Origin: Camelus dromedarius
Lineage: Eukaryota
DNA length: 64,000 bases
NCBI RefSeq assembly: GCF_036321535.1
Contig: NC_087437.1
Coordinates: 43,464,001-43,528,000 of the forward strand
Reading direction: 5' to 3'
How positions within the stretch are numbered: position 1 is the stretch's first letter; each line of letters starts with the position of its first letter. Below, one piece after another: positions 24,421 to 37,868 of this stretch. A model generated the notes under the pieces. That model was not told the origin of the DNA, made no database searches, and worked only from the letters and a program-made list of their open reading frames with translations. The translations under genes and the position numbers were made by a program.

Positions 24421-27400
24421 ATGGGAGGAAGGGTAATGAGAGGGCTAGCACACTTGGCCAGGGATTGAAGGTCAATTTGTAGCTACTGGGAAATGACAGC
24501 ATGACCTAAGGCTAATTCCCCATCTCCACTGCCATCTTTCTTACTTAGTGAAAATGTATTAAAGTGTTTCGCTTCTACCTGTCTCAGAAATGCTGTCAGA
24601 ATTGATTACACGTATTTCCCCAGAGTAATCTTAAGTGCTTTAATTCCTTGGAACTGGACAGTATGTAAATATGATTATTCATTATGTATAAAAGAGGAAT
24701 ACGGAATGATGGATGTGCCGAGCCTACACAAGAGAACTGTTTAAGAATATTGAGAAAGAAAGAAGCTAATATGTAATCAATATGCTGTTTAATGTGGAGG
24801 GCTAAAGACATTGACATGTCAGAGGGATACTGAGTGAAAGGGAAATAGAAGAGGATAATGCATTTGGGAGTTAAGGCTGATGAAAGAGGGTCATGCTACA
24901 TTAAATCATTTCAAGAGGAAAAGTAAGTATTTTAGATTTTCTGTTAGATATTAAGTAATAAGAAAGAGGTTTAAAGTGAAAATCATTTTAGCGTAGGTCA
25001 TTTGTAATGTTTATGAAAAGAAGTGAAGAGGGATTAGAACAGTTATGCCTGTAGGTGTACATTCTGAATTTTATACCGAAGGTGAACAACACTTCTATCT
25101 TCAACTGTAATTCAGAATCACATTTTATTTCAAAGGCAAGGCGCTGCGGTTGTAGAATTCTAGTGACTAGAGCCAAGCGAGTTGGGTTCAAAAGAATGGG
25201 CGCTGCTATTGGCTGCTGCGGTGCTGGCCTCAGGGAGGGGGACTTGGAGCGCCCAGAAAAATCACTTTGAGATCATGTTTTTAGCTGATACCTGTATCAA
25301 TCACCATGAAAAGAAAGCAATCCAATTCAGTGAGATTGCTACTTTGAAACTTCTTCTTGTTTTGTTTTGTTTTGCATTTTTCTAGCATGACTATGAATCA
25401 GATTGACCCGGTATTTATCACAAAGTCTGTAATCAACTGTTAGACAATATTGCATCATTTAACATAAAATAAGCAATGTCCCCGTTCTGACAGGGTGCAG
25501 AGAAGAGGCTCTGCTTTAGAGTAAAAGACGAAGTTAATTATACTGTTCTTTTGGGCCTTCCCTCCATCAAAACCTTACCACCCCAGCCACTTGGCCTCTT
25601 TTTCATCAAGAGTTTCTCTAAAGCTTTTTCTTCTCTAAGCTGATACTGTCTTTAAAGTGAACTCATGAATGTTGAAGAACATTCTAGAATCACAAGAGCG
25701 AGTGGTGAAATGGGGACTAGAGTTATTGCTCGGAGGGTGAGAAGTGTCACTCCTATTTGTCTGACCAGCTGAGCATGAGTCTCCTCACAAACAGAAGGGA
25801 GTGCTGGGCTGAGAGGTCAGATCCTGGGCAGAGGCTTGGCTGTCTCTGGAGTCCTACAGTCAGGAAGCATCGTGAAGTGATACGCTTACCAGTGCTTCTA
25901 AGGATGTTGTTAGTAGAATTACTCAAAACTGCAGGGGCATTTCATAGGGGGCTGGGTGGGTGTGTGAAATCACTGATTCCACAGTTTTCAAACGAGTTCT
26001 ATGTGATTCTAATGTTCTCTGGACTTCCCTCATGGCCAACTGCAGGAGGCAAGAGACCAAGCAGGAAGGTCCCTGGCTCCCTACTTCTGGTTCTGCTGCA
26101 CCAACTCTGCTTTGATATGTTTTCCTTAATGTGGTTCCAGATACCATTTCATTAGGAAATAAGATTTTACTCTTAAGATAAAGGAACTGGAATTCAAAGA
26201 ATCAAGTGACTCACCTAAGTTCCCTCTGGTCTCCTATTCCAGGGTGCCACTTACAGTGTTATTAGAGGCTGATTTGTGATTAGGCCCATGTGGGCTCAAT
26301 TTCATAGCCCCAGTTTAAGAGACAGAGTAAATGAAGATTTGGCATGTCCCTCTGAAGGGTTGCCAGACCTGCAGTTTCACTGATGAGACAGTTCCATTCT
26401 CACCTTTGTGAGCTGGTCAGCTGCCACATTCACCAAGGAGAGCTCCCTTTTTGCTTTACGTGAATCGGCTTTTGCTGCAACAGAACTAACTGGCTGCAAG
26501 GCAGATTTCTTACAATCGATTTGGAATGGCTCTGACTTTCTCTTACCCTTATGTATGGCAATCAGCTCTACATGGACGCCTGGAGGATGCTTCAGAGATT
26601 AGAGGACATGAATGGGACAGAATAGCTTATAAACCAGGGCATGTCACGAAAACTGAAGGAAGAGGGTAATTACAGTACTCAGGGCTATGGGGAGAACTAA
26701 TGGGATCAAACTAATAAAAGGAAGTGTTGCTCGAGAGCAAGGGGCATTAGCTTGCGTGAGAGCCTCAAAAAGAATGTAGAATTATGCTTTGTGTCATTAA
26801 AATCTTGATGCCACTCACCCAAAAGTAAAAAGTCTGGCAGACAGATAAGCTTCATATGTTTTTGCTCTGTCTAGTTTTCTGTTTGTCTGAATAAAGATGC
26901 AATGTGATACTATGGGAAGGAGATACAGATTTGTGTGCTTGACAGTTATAGTTCTAGACACTTGGATTCTCTGCCTTTCCAGTGCCAGTAAAGACCTCCC
27001 TCCCCTCTGTGGAGAAGTTTAGCTATTCATGTAGCATAATCTGTTTTAACACTTAAATCAAGGCTCACAACCTCTAAGCAATTCTTGAGTGAGATGTTAA
27101 TTTCTTTTTTTACTTGCAGCCTCACACTCATATTAGGATGTTGCTGGGTTCTTTCCTCTGTGAACCAGTTCATGAATGTGCCAGATGGGAAATGTAAAAT
27201 GAGGTGTCATTTCAATCTGGGGCAAAGAGAAGATATGTGTTGGGTAGGAGAAAAATTACTCAGGTCTGTAATGCATGTGTGAGAAAGACGCAGACACAGT
27301 TCTGGCCTCTTTTGATAGCATGTTCTACTTTTCCTTTTTCTTCATAAGTGTATTGTTTTCTCTGGCGGCTTCATAGAAGAGTTAACAAGAGAAATGATGA

Positions 27401-28189
27401 GATTTTTAAAAACCGAGCAAAGAATATACTTGAGAAAGCATACTTTTTAATAAGTAGGCATCAACACTTTAAAAACCCATGAAGAAAATTTCATTGGGAA
27501 CTGCTCATTTTTTAACTTGAATACATTTTAGTGAATAACTGTATTTCTTATTATAGCATAGATTTTAATGTGTTAAGTAGGGTGATATACAAATGTATTT
27601 TAATATGGCAATAAAAGTCAAATGGAACCAACCAAATTTATGTGATGGGGAGCCTCGAGGCTAATATTTTACTGTATCACTTATCTAAATTCTCGTCATA
27701 TTCATCATTAATAAGACAAAGGTGGGTAATTGGATGCTTTTATTAGAGGGTATTCGGTATTCGGTATTGTGTCACTGACACAAATGGCAAAATCTGTGAG
27801 ATTTCCAGTACTGCAAATTTAACAACAAAATTCACAACCAGTAGACTTCTAGAGAATTCCCAATTTGACTTAATCAGTAGAGATTATTACAGTGCCAACT
27901 GCTTGTGAAAGTAGCAGCAATCCTCTACCAAAAATGCTTCTAACAAAATAGATGTGACAATAATGCTTTATGGCTAACTAATCACTACCTTACCCAGGGA
28001 GGAACACTGCAGAATGAGGTTATTTGTACTCCATGCCTAGCCTTGTACTATTCCCCAAGCACATGTATAGGACTTTATAGAATTATTGCATTCTGTCAGA
28101 GCAATATTATCTTTTAGGGGGATAGTGGAGTGTGGAAGAAAATGCCCTGAAATTGACCCTTAAAAAACCAACTTGGGTAAGTCTTTTGC

Positions 28190-28370
28190 CTTCAAGACTT
28201 AATATCATGTAATTAGAAGCCAGTTCCTTGCTATCCCTGAGTCTCAGTCTGCTCATCAACAACGTAGGAGTAAAATTCCTTGTTCCACTCAGGTCTCCAT
28301 GCTGTGATGATAATTCTGTATGATGATGAAGTTGAAAGTATTTTGCAAACTGTGAGGCAAGAGACAAATG
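28190..28370 (+). mobile_element. MIR SINE
   Basis: 'ccctgagtctcagtctgctcatc...gctgtgatgataa...gaaagtattttgcaaactg'. Confidence 0.65.
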
Positions 28371-29939
28371 ACCATTGTTCTATTTTTAAAATCTATGCAT
28401 CTGGTGGTCTTATAAAAAAACCATTTTATTAACTCTGAATGCACCATTTGAAATTGACTCTATATTTATATACAGTTCTGGCATCATATTTAGTTGATTG
28501 TTCTTTTTTCAGTTGGTTCTACTGAACTTCTGTTAGTTTGAAAACATTCCAAGTAAACCCTGGTATACTCTTGAAATCCGTATTTTGATGGATGAGTGTC
28601 TGGAAAAAGACCGATAGTTAGGGTGAGTCTAAATGATCCTTGAGCTCCAGGTACTAACTAACAAATGTTTCCCTTTAGGCTTTGTCCCTTCCTTGCCCTT
28701 CTTTCTTTTTCTCTAGAGTCACCCTGTCTCTGCTGTCTTTCCCAACTCCCTAACCCTCTTCCTGCTTTCCCTACATTTACTCTTCAGTTGCTCCTTTGTT
28801 TCATTTTGTTACATCTCCTTGGGTGTCTAGTTATTAGAGAAGAAAATCCCCAACGTTGAAGGCTTTAAAATGGTTGCCTTCCTTCACAGTTATGGAAAAT
28901 GCTGAGCTTTTTCAGTATAGGAAATACTCATGGCAAACTTCTTCAATATTTTTTCTGTAGTCAATTCAAATCCGAACAGGTTCCTAAAACTTAAGTAGTC
29001 TTGGGAAGATCACTGGAACTTTTAAGGACATAACAACAGCTTGCCAGACTTTTGTAAAGAACTAATTTGTTCAAAATATTGCTTTATTATAAACTACAGA
29101 TATGGGCTTTCAAGAGTTTCCACTGAGTTATGAGCAAGTAGACAGCAGGAACTGGCTCAAGTTCATGGCCAGCTCCCCGGTGCCTAGCTCAGCACTCTGA
29201 GTAACTAAACAAAATGGAACACTGCAGATTTGGTAAACCAAAGTCAGTGTTTTAAAAACAGCAAAGTGGTTGCACAAACACATGAAGAAAGGTTCAATTA
29301 GTACACGGAGACCAACTAGACTCTTTCTATGCAGGATACCACGCACACCCAAATAACTGTACTCAAAAATTATTTGACAGTTGGGAGGAACACAAAGATG
29401 TCTGAAATAAAGTCAGTCATTGACAAAGAGTTTATAATCTTGAGAGTACAAATTAAATGAGTTCTGTAATAAAACTTGTTACGGTTGGTCCACATAACCC
29501 TTCATGATCTGAGTCTCCATTTCCTCTGTTTCTTAGTTTCTTCCCATCCCTCCTTCCTGGGCTTCAGGTGTTCTAAACTGCTGCTTCTTCAACTGGGTGG
29601 AAAGACCAGTTGCCTTTGTTTGTTTGTTTTATTTCTAATTCACATTGGACACATACATGGTCCCAGCACGTGTGACTAGGACACTGCTCATGCCGTGTGT
29701 GACTCGCTCGTTCAACAACATGAGAATTAAGCTGTACCATGTGAGGCAATGATGAGTCCCCTGACGCTGTGGTGTCACAGCAGGGTCAAATTTCCATAGA
29801 AGTTTCTACATGCTTACTCCCAAATTCTGAACTTAATTTCTTTTGGACAGTCTGCCTGCGAGTTGGTGGATCATGGTTTTAAGTAACACTCTTTTAAATT
29901 ACATTCAGTTTGCAAACCACGAGGCACCCTCTGCCATTC

Positions 29940-30245
29940 CACTGGTGGTTTCTCCTTGCTGGATAAACCCTGACTTTTTCTCCCAGCTAACCCCTGACTA
30001 GCTGTCAAAATTCAGCACTTCAAGTCACCTCCTTTAGAAAGCCTTCCGAGACTGTGACTCAAAGCCCCATTACTGTGCTTATCTTCTGCACATATCACAG
30101 CCCTTATTTCCTGCTTTGGAGCATGTGGGTTTACTTTTCTGAGTATGAACACTTTAAAGGAAATGCCTCTGTTTCTCTCAGTGCCTGAAAGTGCCTGGTA
30201 GTCATCACTGATGTTTAATATTTAATTACTGAATAAATGAGTCAC
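29940..30245 (+). mobile_element. L2 LINE 3' end
   Basis: 'gtcacctcctttagaaagccttcc...gtgcctggta...ctgaataaatga'. Confidence 0.7.
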
Positions 30246-30999
30246 CAAATGAACCAGAGGGCATTAAATGGCTCTGGTAACACAGAATAGGGAGTTATGA
30301 ATTCTGGTTGAAGGAACTGGAGATTGCGTTGAAGAAACAGTATTTGAATTAGCCCTGGAAGAAGAGGAAATTGGCAGGCACAGGAAGGACAAGGAAAAAA
30401 AAAGTTATTGATTATGAATTCATGATCTGATCAAGAAATCATGACTTGTTTTATGGGGCTAGAATATCTAGTTGGGCCTCTGGCAGATTTCTCTAGAGAG
30501 AGATCTGGAGAGGGAGCCATTTGGACTTGCCTTGCAGAATGTGTGATTAAAATGAAAGATCTAGGGCATTTTTGGAAAGATTCATTCATGGTTTCAGTCC
30601 ACAGCTCCTAAGCAGCTGAATGTCATGTATCGTGTTTGGTCCTGCTCCTAAAACATAATCCCCATCTTCAGACAGCTAGTGGAAGAGCCAGACAAGCACC
30701 AGTGGAACCTGTCTCCAGATTTTTGGTGAGAATTAAATGATTAACATGTAAAACAGATAAGACTGTGCTTGCTGTATTATAAGCAGTCCGTAAATGTTAG
30801 CAATAATTATACTCATATATACCTGACTTCTTTTTCCATAATCTTATTATAAATAAATTCACAACATTCTTGACGTCAGGTGCATCTATTCAATTCACCC
30901 GGACATTGAGTTTGTTCTGTTTGCCTCTTCGAGAAGTTCATTACAGCCAGTTTTATCTGTTCCAACAGAACCTAGATCTACATTGTGTTTTCCTGTAAG

Positions 31000-31160
31000 A
31001 GCAGATTACATGCCAAGTATTGTGCTCAGGGCTTTGTATGCATTATCTCTACTACTTAATCCTCACGACTCTCTGAGAAAGATACTATTTTCATCCCCCT
31101 TTGAAGATGAGGACCCTAAAGCTTAAAGGGGTTAAGTAATTTGCCCAAGGGAATTTGCAC
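31000..31160 (-). mobile_element. MIR SINE
   Basis: 'ttaatcctcacgac...gatgaggaccctaaagctt...ggttaagtaatttgcccaagg'. Confidence 0.85.
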
Positions 31161-34100
31161 AAAGGTCTGTCCCCTGAAATCAATCTCCTACCCCTGACGT
31201 CTTACAGCCTATTTATCCAGAAATACATTTAGATAATTTGCAGTGATGCAATAGGTGTATTGGGTGATTCCTTGTGTCTACATTTTCCCCATAGATCATG
31301 CTTCATTCTCTTCCAAATGTGTTTTCTTGTTAAAAGCAGAATAGTTTTTCTTTCTGTCGTTTTTTAGATTCAGGTTCTGGGGCTTCTGAAAGCAGTTCAT
31401 GTGATGGGAAGAAAGATGGACTGGAAGATCTTTTTTAATCTTTTCCTTCTGAGAATAATTTTTTTTCTCTTTATTGAATTATATGTAATACAGAATTACT
31501 ATCATTCACATGTCATTTAAACAGTCTTCTTGGGTTTTCTCCTACTAACTCAGGTTATAATTTTCTTAAAAGAGGAGTAAACCTTAAATCTTCCATTGGA
31601 GCAGGTTTTACTTGCAGCACAAAGGAGAATTCAGAGTTCTCACCATAGAAGTTCTCAAAGACTAGTGCACATAATGGGATTTTTATAGTTGCTCCTCAGA
31701 GATAAATGGCCATTTCTGTTTCTATTTTCCTGTAATGAACCATTTAATAAAACATTACATTTCTGTATGTCATTTGCTAATAAGCTCAAGTGTTGTATTT
31801 CAGACGTAAGAAAACCATTCTCCTCTCAGGCAATTTTAATAAATTGAGAAGACTTGTCATTTATTATGGTAAAATGAACTTGATCAAATTAATAATAAAG
31901 GATTTCTAATTCATCTTTGAATGCTTTCCTTCCATTGGGGAATGCAGGTTTTATAATATGACTTTTAAGCCATGTATATATATTTTTTCATTTTTCTACC
32001 TTAAAATTAATTACCTGCTGATTGACAGTTTGAGTTGGGCCCTATTTTCCTCCCGCCTAATTACACCCAATCATTTCGTTATCCTTCTGTAATTTCGTGA
32101 CAACTCTACTGAAAGTATTGTGACTGTAGATTGATGTTCCACAGCGTCTTATATTCTTGTAATTTAGGGCCTATTAATGGCAGACTGGGAAAAAAAAACC
32201 CAAGAACTTAATTGGTTTTAAATTGGCCCTAAATTGTAATTAGAGGAGAAGAGAAGTAAGTCATAACTTAGGTGTTTTTTTTGTCACAACAAAATTTAGA
32301 GGCATTGATATGTCACGGCACTGTTTTTGTGGGGGAAGGGAAAGCTTCCTGGTAATTAGACATGTGTTAATGCCGCAGTGCTTCGCAGAAAACGCAGCCA
32401 GCCCCTGCAGAGAAGCTGATGAACCTTAATGTGGCATCAGGGACCCCTGGACATCCTGTGCCAACAGTCTAGCCCCAGGTCTGCGGGTGGCCAGGCAGAA
32501 AGGTGAACGTATAATTGGATATATGTACGAAACCTTCCACCAAAACACAGGACATGAAAATGAGTTGCTTGGCAACTGGATTTGAGGAATGCCCCTCCGT
32601 GAAGTTTTCTAATCTTCCGTATCTATTATCGTTGCCACCAGAAGCCAGCTCCGGATGAAAGTAGCATTGCTCCCGCAGTGGTCTTGGTGTGTCTGGCAGT
32701 GGAAGGGCAGTCTAGCTGCCACATCTTTCGCCCGTTGATTCTCCAGAGTTGATTGTGCTCATCTGACTTGCTAAGTGGGGTCCCGTTTTTTTTCCCCTTC
32801 ACCTGTCCATCTGTATTCCTTGCAAAGCTCAGTCAAAAAGGGATAACCTTCCCATATAGAAAAGAAATCATCCTCAGATAAGGGAATTAGAATTGTTGAA
32901 TTCCCTGGGTACAATTATAAACCAGCTTGCCTAGGGTAGGGTGGGGTGGGAGTCACTTCCTTTGGTTTGTCAAGTCCTTCTACTTCTTTTACCATAGACA
33001 GGAGATAACCTCAGATGCTGAAGAGGAGGCCTCGTGAAGTCAGATATAGAAGAGTAAAATATTTGGATCGGTGTTACCTCAGGGCATTGATTATGATTTT
33101 GAGGAAGAGAGAGTTGTGGCTAAGATGGCTTCTTTGCATTTGCAATGAAGTGACTGTAGAATGCAGTCGCAGGTGGCAGATGGCAAATGGTAACAAGGCA
33201 GGTAAGACTATATTTACCAGTATTTTTTATGTCTCCTTTGTCAAGTGAATGAGTTCAAAGCCTTTTATATCACTTTTCATGCAAAAGCAGTCTGTGCATG
33301 GGGAATTAGGCAGAGAGGCCGTTTTTATTTTCACAGTTGACTTTTTAGAATTATGAAAACTTAACTTCTTTAACTCCATTTTGCTTGTAAATCGTTTTGA
33401 CACATTCCGTAATGAAATTTTATGGCAAAGTAAAGCATTTATACTAGAGAGTACCTGTTTCAGGTAAATGAGATAAAAGCACATGAATTGGACACACTTC
33501 CCATTCCACTGCATATAAATCTCACTTTTACAGATGTTGGAAAAATGCATTACGAGTGCCATGTTATAGCGCTAATAAAGAGATTTATGCATTTCGTCTT
33601 GCTTCTTTCCTGCCATTTCCCAGGGCCTATCAAATTGCTTGAAACACAATAGGTAAATACTCATATATATTTAAATATTTCTTGAAGAATTCATGAGAAA
33701 ATAAATGAATACTAATCAAAACTACTTCAGGAATTTTCATCATAAATCAACTTGCATATGTATTTTAAATATTAATACAAATATTAGTAAATCTCCTATT
33801 ATTAATTTTACCTGACCTACTCTGCCAGAATATGTAAGGATAGTTTAGAGGTAGATATATGCCATCTGCAGTTATTGTAGAAAAATTTATTCCTTACAGT
33901 CATCCATACCATTTTTCTAAGATTTTAAAGCAGCAAATCTCTATGCAGGCACATACAAAGCACTGAATTTGTTGATACCGCCTTGTCTATAGATGATTTT
34001 TATTGCCAAAGGTTCAGCATATCCTTGGGCAAGATATTGAGAACTCTTAAAGCAAATGCCAGCCTTTCACATTCAACCCTGCAGGCTTGAGGATGAAATG

Positions 34101-34929
34101 TGAGTAATCTGATCTACAAATATATTCACAAACGTGTATAGCAGCTGTATGTAGAGAGAATACGAACAGTTTCCTGTTGCTGTTTAGTACTTTTCTGAGC
34201 TTCCACGATGTGCCTGGTGCTAACTGGGGCACCTCAATTATTCTCCATCTGTGCTCACTACCAAAGCTGCCAGGCATCACACTGTTCGGGCCCTGAAGCC
34301 TATGGCGGAGAGCCTGCCAGGGTAAATGGTGCAATCTAGTATTCCTTCCTGGGCTAGCCTAGTTAATCTAGTTAATCTAGTAAAGGGATCACTTTGTCCC
34401 CAGCATTGACTTAGACTATGAAATAAAGCCATGGGTTATCATGGCCTCAATGGCAAATTTGCGTGGGAAAGATACTCTATTAGATTCCATATAATAGTAT
34501 TTTCCAGTGTCAATGGGATAGGATGGCTTAAGAGTGGAACTGCTATAAGTGAAGAGGTTTTTAGCGGAATGTGGAGGAACTTTAGTCATCAGATTGGTAA
34601 ATAGGATATAAAATGCATCTGCCGCGAATCCCAACTCTACTTCCTATTAAATAGTGTGCTTAACCAAATCAGACAGCCTTTTTCTGCAAAAAGCTTGGGA
34701 AAACCATACTTGTTTCTTAAGCTAATCACCATTTTCAATCTTAAGACTCTACTTGGTGAAAATGAACATCTATGACTTCTTGCAATATTTGAATCAGGTC
34801 ACATGCCTTGTGATGACCCTCTTACCAGTTAGTGAGAATCCATTCAGTGGCAAACTCTGGGCAACAAACTCTATATGGATTATTTTTTCTAATTCTCTTA
34901 ATAATTACCCAAGTTAGATGCTATGACTA

Positions 34930-35062
34930 ATTGACAGGAAGAAGCTGAGGCACAGAGAAGTTAAGTAGTTATGTTGAATTTGCATGGCTGTCAGGTGTGT
35001 AAGCTGGAGATTTGAACCTGGCTGTATATGACAGTATAACTCACATTCTTCTACACACTGCA
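34930..35062 (-). mobile_element. MIR SINE
   Basis: 'gaagctgaggcacagagaagttaagta...gatttgaacctgg'. Confidence 0.8.
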
Positions 35063-37392
35063 TCTAAGGGCACAAGGCCCTTACGGATTTAGAAACAATT
35101 TCTGTGGCTTCTGGATTCTCATCTGTGTCTTCTTTAAAACTGCTGATGAGTGTGTGAGCTGGAGGAGAGGTATCCAAAGAAATTACTTAGCTTGTCTCAG
35201 ATCATTGACAGTAGTCATTATGGTACCACCAGTGTTGGGCTGGAGGCTTTCAATTCAGAGTCTTTTTTTTTTTTTTTTTTTTTGATTTGTGCTTTCACGT
35301 GGTACTCAGTATATACTGTATAACAGAAATTTGAGTTGGAGGATGACTATGGTAGAGGAGCAATGAATGGAATGTTTCCCCTTTTCCAACTAAACCTGAA
35401 CAGGACACTTCATCTTATATGTTAGCAGATCACACAGCTTCACCATGAGTGACTTGGACTTTTTCAGTTGAAGTGGAAATAGAGAAAGAGGAAAAAAAAA
35501 AAAAAGAAAAAAGGAAGGGCAGGAAAAGAGAAAATGGGAAAAAGCCCTGGAACTGATTTAAAACTGCAAAAAGAACTGGAACATGTGTTCTCCTTTACTC
35601 TCCTTGAGCAGTAAGGTTTAAAGCAAATAGAACTAAACTTTTCCTTGAGGCTCTTTCCCTTCACTCTCTCCCTCCCCAAGCAAATATTCATTTTTCTTGA
35701 AGGAGATTGCTGATCAGAATCAAACTCTCCCTTCCTCTTTCTTGCCACATCCCATCCTGCCCTACAATTCAACTTGCTTACTCCTACGCCTTCAAGATTC
35801 CTCCACTTTAGTCAATCAATCATGTGAAGAGCCAAGCTGTAATTTTGTGCTTTTCACATTCTTAACTTACTTTACAATAGGATTTTGAGGTGCTTTTTGC
35901 TGGCTCAAGCTGATAAGAAAAAATATATAAGAGTGTTGGCTTCTTGAGCTTACATCAATGTTGTGAATTATATAATGAAACCTGCCTGGGTTGAAATTCT
36001 AAAGCTATTATCCTCCTAGCACAGAGATAGAACACCAAAAGAGCCATTTAGATCTCTTAGCCATTTGTAGCTTGAGAAATCAGATTCTTCTCTGCTTAAA
36101 AAAGGTTTGTTGAGCGTAATTATTCAACTTACCACACTGTCAATATTTTGCATTACCAGCCCTTGGGGAATGCAGTGAATCCTAAGGTATGATTTCTCCA
36201 TGAGGTTATCCTTCCGTTTAAATAAAATGAGGTCTCGATATCTATTCTGGTGGTGTTTGAAAAGTTTTCACTCGGGATCTTCTGTGACCTTGGTGTTGTG
36301 TGCCATTTGTGCATCATTAAAAGGTTGTAATGAAGTTCTGCCGCACACAGATTGTAAAAGGTCAAGCAGAAAGTTGGGAGCCAATGAGGTTGGGAAGAAA
36401 AACTGTGCTTGCTGCAGAAGTTGAGGGATTCATTATATTGATGCTGTGGGGTTTTCAGCAGAGTAATAACTGGGTTAGCAATAGAATGTAAATCTTCTCA
36501 GCCACTTAGTCTGAATCTGCTTCTTCTTGATTTGTGGGGATATATTTTTAACAGAGTACAAGGAAAGTCATTACACTCAGAGGAAAGCCAGTGGAATTGG
36601 TAAATGCACTGTGGATGGGCCAGCCAAAAAGAAGAGCAGAGCTAGAGGAATAAAGCACATCAGCCTTCCTGGTTGCCATGCTAAGAGGTACTGTCAACCC
36701 GTAGGAAATAACTCTCTCAGAAGAACTTTGCATAAGTGATTACTTAATTCTTAAAAGGATATACAGTATTATTTTTAGCTTCAGTAGTCTGGAAGTGCAA
36801 GTATGGCTAATTAAAATGCTTAAAATAGTTATCAAGAGAATTAATTAAAAGGATTTGAGACAAAAATAACATCAAAATAGCAGCAACATCAAGCCAATTT
36901 ATTAAGGACCAGCAAGATAAGCTAATGAGGTCTTGCCTACTCTAAAAGGGGAAGAAACTCTAAAGTTACTGGTTATCTACTGAATATTCTCTGGATGCAT
37001 TTTCTTAAAATGGAATTCTAGAAATTATGTGCAAAAGTGCAGCAGTTGATTGCATGTCTCGCAAGCTTACATATGGAGTGAAATAATTTCTTCTTTAAAC
37101 AAGCCCCAAACCATCTGTTGACTTAAGTCAACTCTCTGAATTTTACTTGGAAATAATTGGAAGTCTAGATATTCCACAAGACTAGCTCAATGTGTTTCTT
37201 TAATTTATTCATGGGCTTTTAGGTATGTGTGTATGAGGGAGAAGGGAGAAGAAATCTTTTTCCCTGGAAGGATAAAGAGTCATTAAGATATGTCATAAAA
37301 TTAAGACTATTATTAGGCATTTCGACTTGATTCAGACCCATTGATCTAAGTTGAGTGATTAAAAAGTTTTAGAGAAGTGAAAATTACTTTTT

Positions 37393-37868
37393 TTTTTCCA
37401 ACCATGATAGAGAGTTTATTAAAAGGAAGGAAAAAAAGAAGTGTTCATTTTTGTTCTTCATTTGTTTTAAGAAATTTGATCAAGTTGCAAGGAGATGTCT
37501 AGGCATGGCTATGTATATCCTTGGGCAGGGCTGCCAGGCAGTGAAGGTGACTGGGCAGCATGTGGCTCCTCTCGGCATCATCTGACCCCCGGGCACTGCT
37601 GATCACAGCCATTACCAATCAGGCTTCAGTCCTGTGGAAATGTCCCAGCTCTGTCCTAGGGGCTGCCCCCCTTCCCAAAGAGCCCACCAGCCCTATCCCC
37701 ATGGGCCAGGGGCTGACTTTCCATGCGGACTGCAGGATATGGATGGGCTCTAGGGCCACCTGGCCCTGCAGGCAGGCTCTGAGATGCAGCAACTGATTGA
37801 AGCTGGAGGCCGTTGTCATTGTTGCTCTGATTTCTTTTCCTTCTGGAAGTTGAAGCTCATACGTCTGT
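37393..37868 (-). pseudogene. Processed (retroposed) mRNA 3' fragment, parent unidentified
   Basis: Minus-strand AATAAA (37415-37420) lies 17 nt before an A10 tract; perfect 15 bp TSD tgaaaattacttttt at 37378-37392 and 37869-37883; GC-rich body unlike the flanks. Confidence 0.85.

Noticed and set aside
34359..34381. Short tandem duplications (ctagttaat here; also near 19687, 27750 and 57408)
   Set aside because: Ordinary replication-slippage micro-duplications with no further structure.
37560..37819. ORFs 37560-37796 (+) and 37619-37819 (-) as genes
   Set aside because: They lie in the presumed 3' UTR part of the retrocopy, where GC richness makes chance ORFs likely.
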